A stretch of 64,000 nucleotides of DNA. Origin: Candidatus Eiseniibacteriota bacterium (GTDB lineage Bacteria; Eisenbacteria; RBG-16-71-46; JACRLI01). The first letter of the stretch is position 1. Each line of letters opens with the position of its first letter. The position numbers and the translations under genes were made by a program. The notes under the pieces are model-generated. The model saw nothing but the letters and a program-made list of their open reading frames with translations. It did no database searches and had not been told where the DNA came from. Positions 63,336-64,000 of the stretch are shown one piece after another. The stretch lies in assembly GCA_016235265.1 (NCBI GenBank), contig JACRLI010000015.1:133335-197334 (forward strand), written 5' to 3'.

Positions 63336-63455
63336 CGGACGGCAGTGGCGGGGCGCCGGGGTCGTCCGGCTGCGCGAACCGCACTGGCGGGGGCGCCGGG
63401 CCGGTCCGGGTGCGCGGACGGCGCTGGCGGGGCGCCGGGGTCGTCCGGCTGCGCC
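63336..63455. repeat. Three tandem 40-bp GC-rich repeats (REP-like, each with an internal hairpin) between convergent pepD and a membrane-protein gene
   Basis: GACGGCAGTGGCGGGGCGCCGGGGTCGTCCGGCTGCGCG / AACCGCACTGGCGGGGGCGCCGGGCCGGTCCGGGTGCGCG / GACGGCGCTGGCGGGGCGCCGGGGTCGTCCGGCTGCGCC. Confidence 0.75.
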
Positions 63456-63510
63456 GGATCGACGCCCGGCGCTGCCACCGACCTGTATCTGCGGAGATGA
63501 TGCTGAAGCG

Positions 63511-63978
63511 CTACGCGGTGCGCATCCTCCGGCTTCGGCCTGCGGTCGCCAGGGCGACCAGCACCGGCACGGCTGCCAGGTAGAACCACGGCGCGCCCAG
63601 GGCCACCGACTCCTTCCACGCACCCATGTAGTCCAGCGGCGGCACCTGGTTGAGCGGGCCGAAGTACCACAGCAGCGTGTAGACAGCCTCGAAGGCGCGC
63701 GGCGTGTTGCTCCACGCGCCCAGCGCCAGCGCCAGCGAGGGCACGAACGCGGCCCCGGCGAGGAACGCCCCCACGCCCGCGGCGTCCCCCGCCATCGCCA
63801 GCCTCACCCCCACCCCGGCCCCGGCGGCCAGCGCCAGCAGGAACCCGGCCAGCCAGGTGGCCGGAAGCTGCCTCAGGAGCGGATGGGGACCGGAGAAGAT
63901 CATCCCCGAGACACCGTGGCGCACTTCGCGGGCACCCATGGAGGACCACGCGGCCAGCGGCCAGATCCAGGCGGCCAC
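63511..63978 (-). CDS. Hypothetical polytopic membrane protein (start may lie beyond window)
   Basis: 155 aa, hydrophobic helices (LAGFLLALAAGAGVGV..., WFYLAAVPVLVALATA). Confidence 0.4.
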   Translation of the reverse strand: MAAWIWPLAAWSSMGAREVRHGVSGMIFSGPHPLLRQLPATWLAGFLLALAAGAGVGVRLAMAGDAAGVGAFLAGAAFVPSLALALGAWSNTPRAFEAVYTLLWYFGPLNQVPPLDYMGAWKESVALGAPWFYLAAVPVLVALATAGRSRRMRTA

Positions 63979-64000
63979 CAGGATGCTGCGGCGCGAAATG

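Overview
High-GC (~70%) bacterial window that is almost entirely one flagellar/chemotaxis supercluster. About 53 kb of genes (36..53261) lie on the minus strand, interrupted only by regulatory and glycosyltransferase insertions.

Reading the minus strand 5' to 3', the layout is:
- 53261 to 47962: flgF-flgG-flgA-flgH-flgI-flgJ, driven by a sigma54-type promoter.
- 47850 to 44314: flgN-flgK-flgL-fliW-csrA, behind a sigma28-type promoter upstream of flgN.
- 44103 to 32938: a six-gene glycosyltransferase/sugar-modification island, behind a sigma54 promoter. It holds multi-domain GT2/GT4/TPR proteins, an SDR epimerase and a DegT-like aminotransferase, and is probably a flagellin glycosylation locus.
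- 32643 to 28722: fliC (sigma28 promoter), then a repeat-filled intergenic region, then fliS-fliD-flaG-hypothetical-flgM.
- 28612 to 20667: an unusual regulatory block made of an HDOD protein, an RsbU-like GAF-PP2C phosphatase, an RsbW-like anti-sigma kinase, an RsbV-like STAS antagonist, a 672-aa HEAT-repeat protein, and a sensor kinase with a sigma54 enhancer-binding response regulator.
- 20520 to 14820: a sigma54-promoted operon of receiver, cheR, cheY-like, a sigma70-region-4-only protein, an AMIN/TPR secreted protein, and a second PAS kinase with sigma54 enhancer-binding regulator. All junctions overlap as ATGA/GTGA.
- 14771 to 36: a sigma54 promoter and the core operon flgB-flgC-fliE-fliF-fliG-fliH-fliI-fliJ-ylxF-fliK-flgD-flgE-flbD-motA-motB-fliL-fliM-fliN. 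This is the Bacillus/spirochete-like order.

On the plus strand are a membrane-anchored GAF-PP2C sensor phosphatase (frameshifted in a homopolymer tract), a small 18-aa ORF, an EEP-family phosphatase and pepD. The right end also holds trpA, a secreted hypothetical, a hypothetical at 61208..61654 (-), and a partial membrane protein at 63511..63978 (-). It also holds an MglA-like Ras GTPase with a long Ala/Pro-rich extension behind a sigma54-like promoter.

No rRNA, tRNA, CRISPR array or mobile element was recognised. The many very long ORFs on the opposite strand of real genes are GC-driven shadow ORFs.

The most novel-looking element is the partner-switching module (PP2C/kinase/STAS + HEAT + HDOD) wedged between flgM and the flagellar sigma54 two-component systems, together with a second, membrane-bound GAF-PP2C. 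Also notable are the sigma54-driven glycosylation island, candidate CsrA-binding tandem repeats next to fliC, and the MglA-like fusion.
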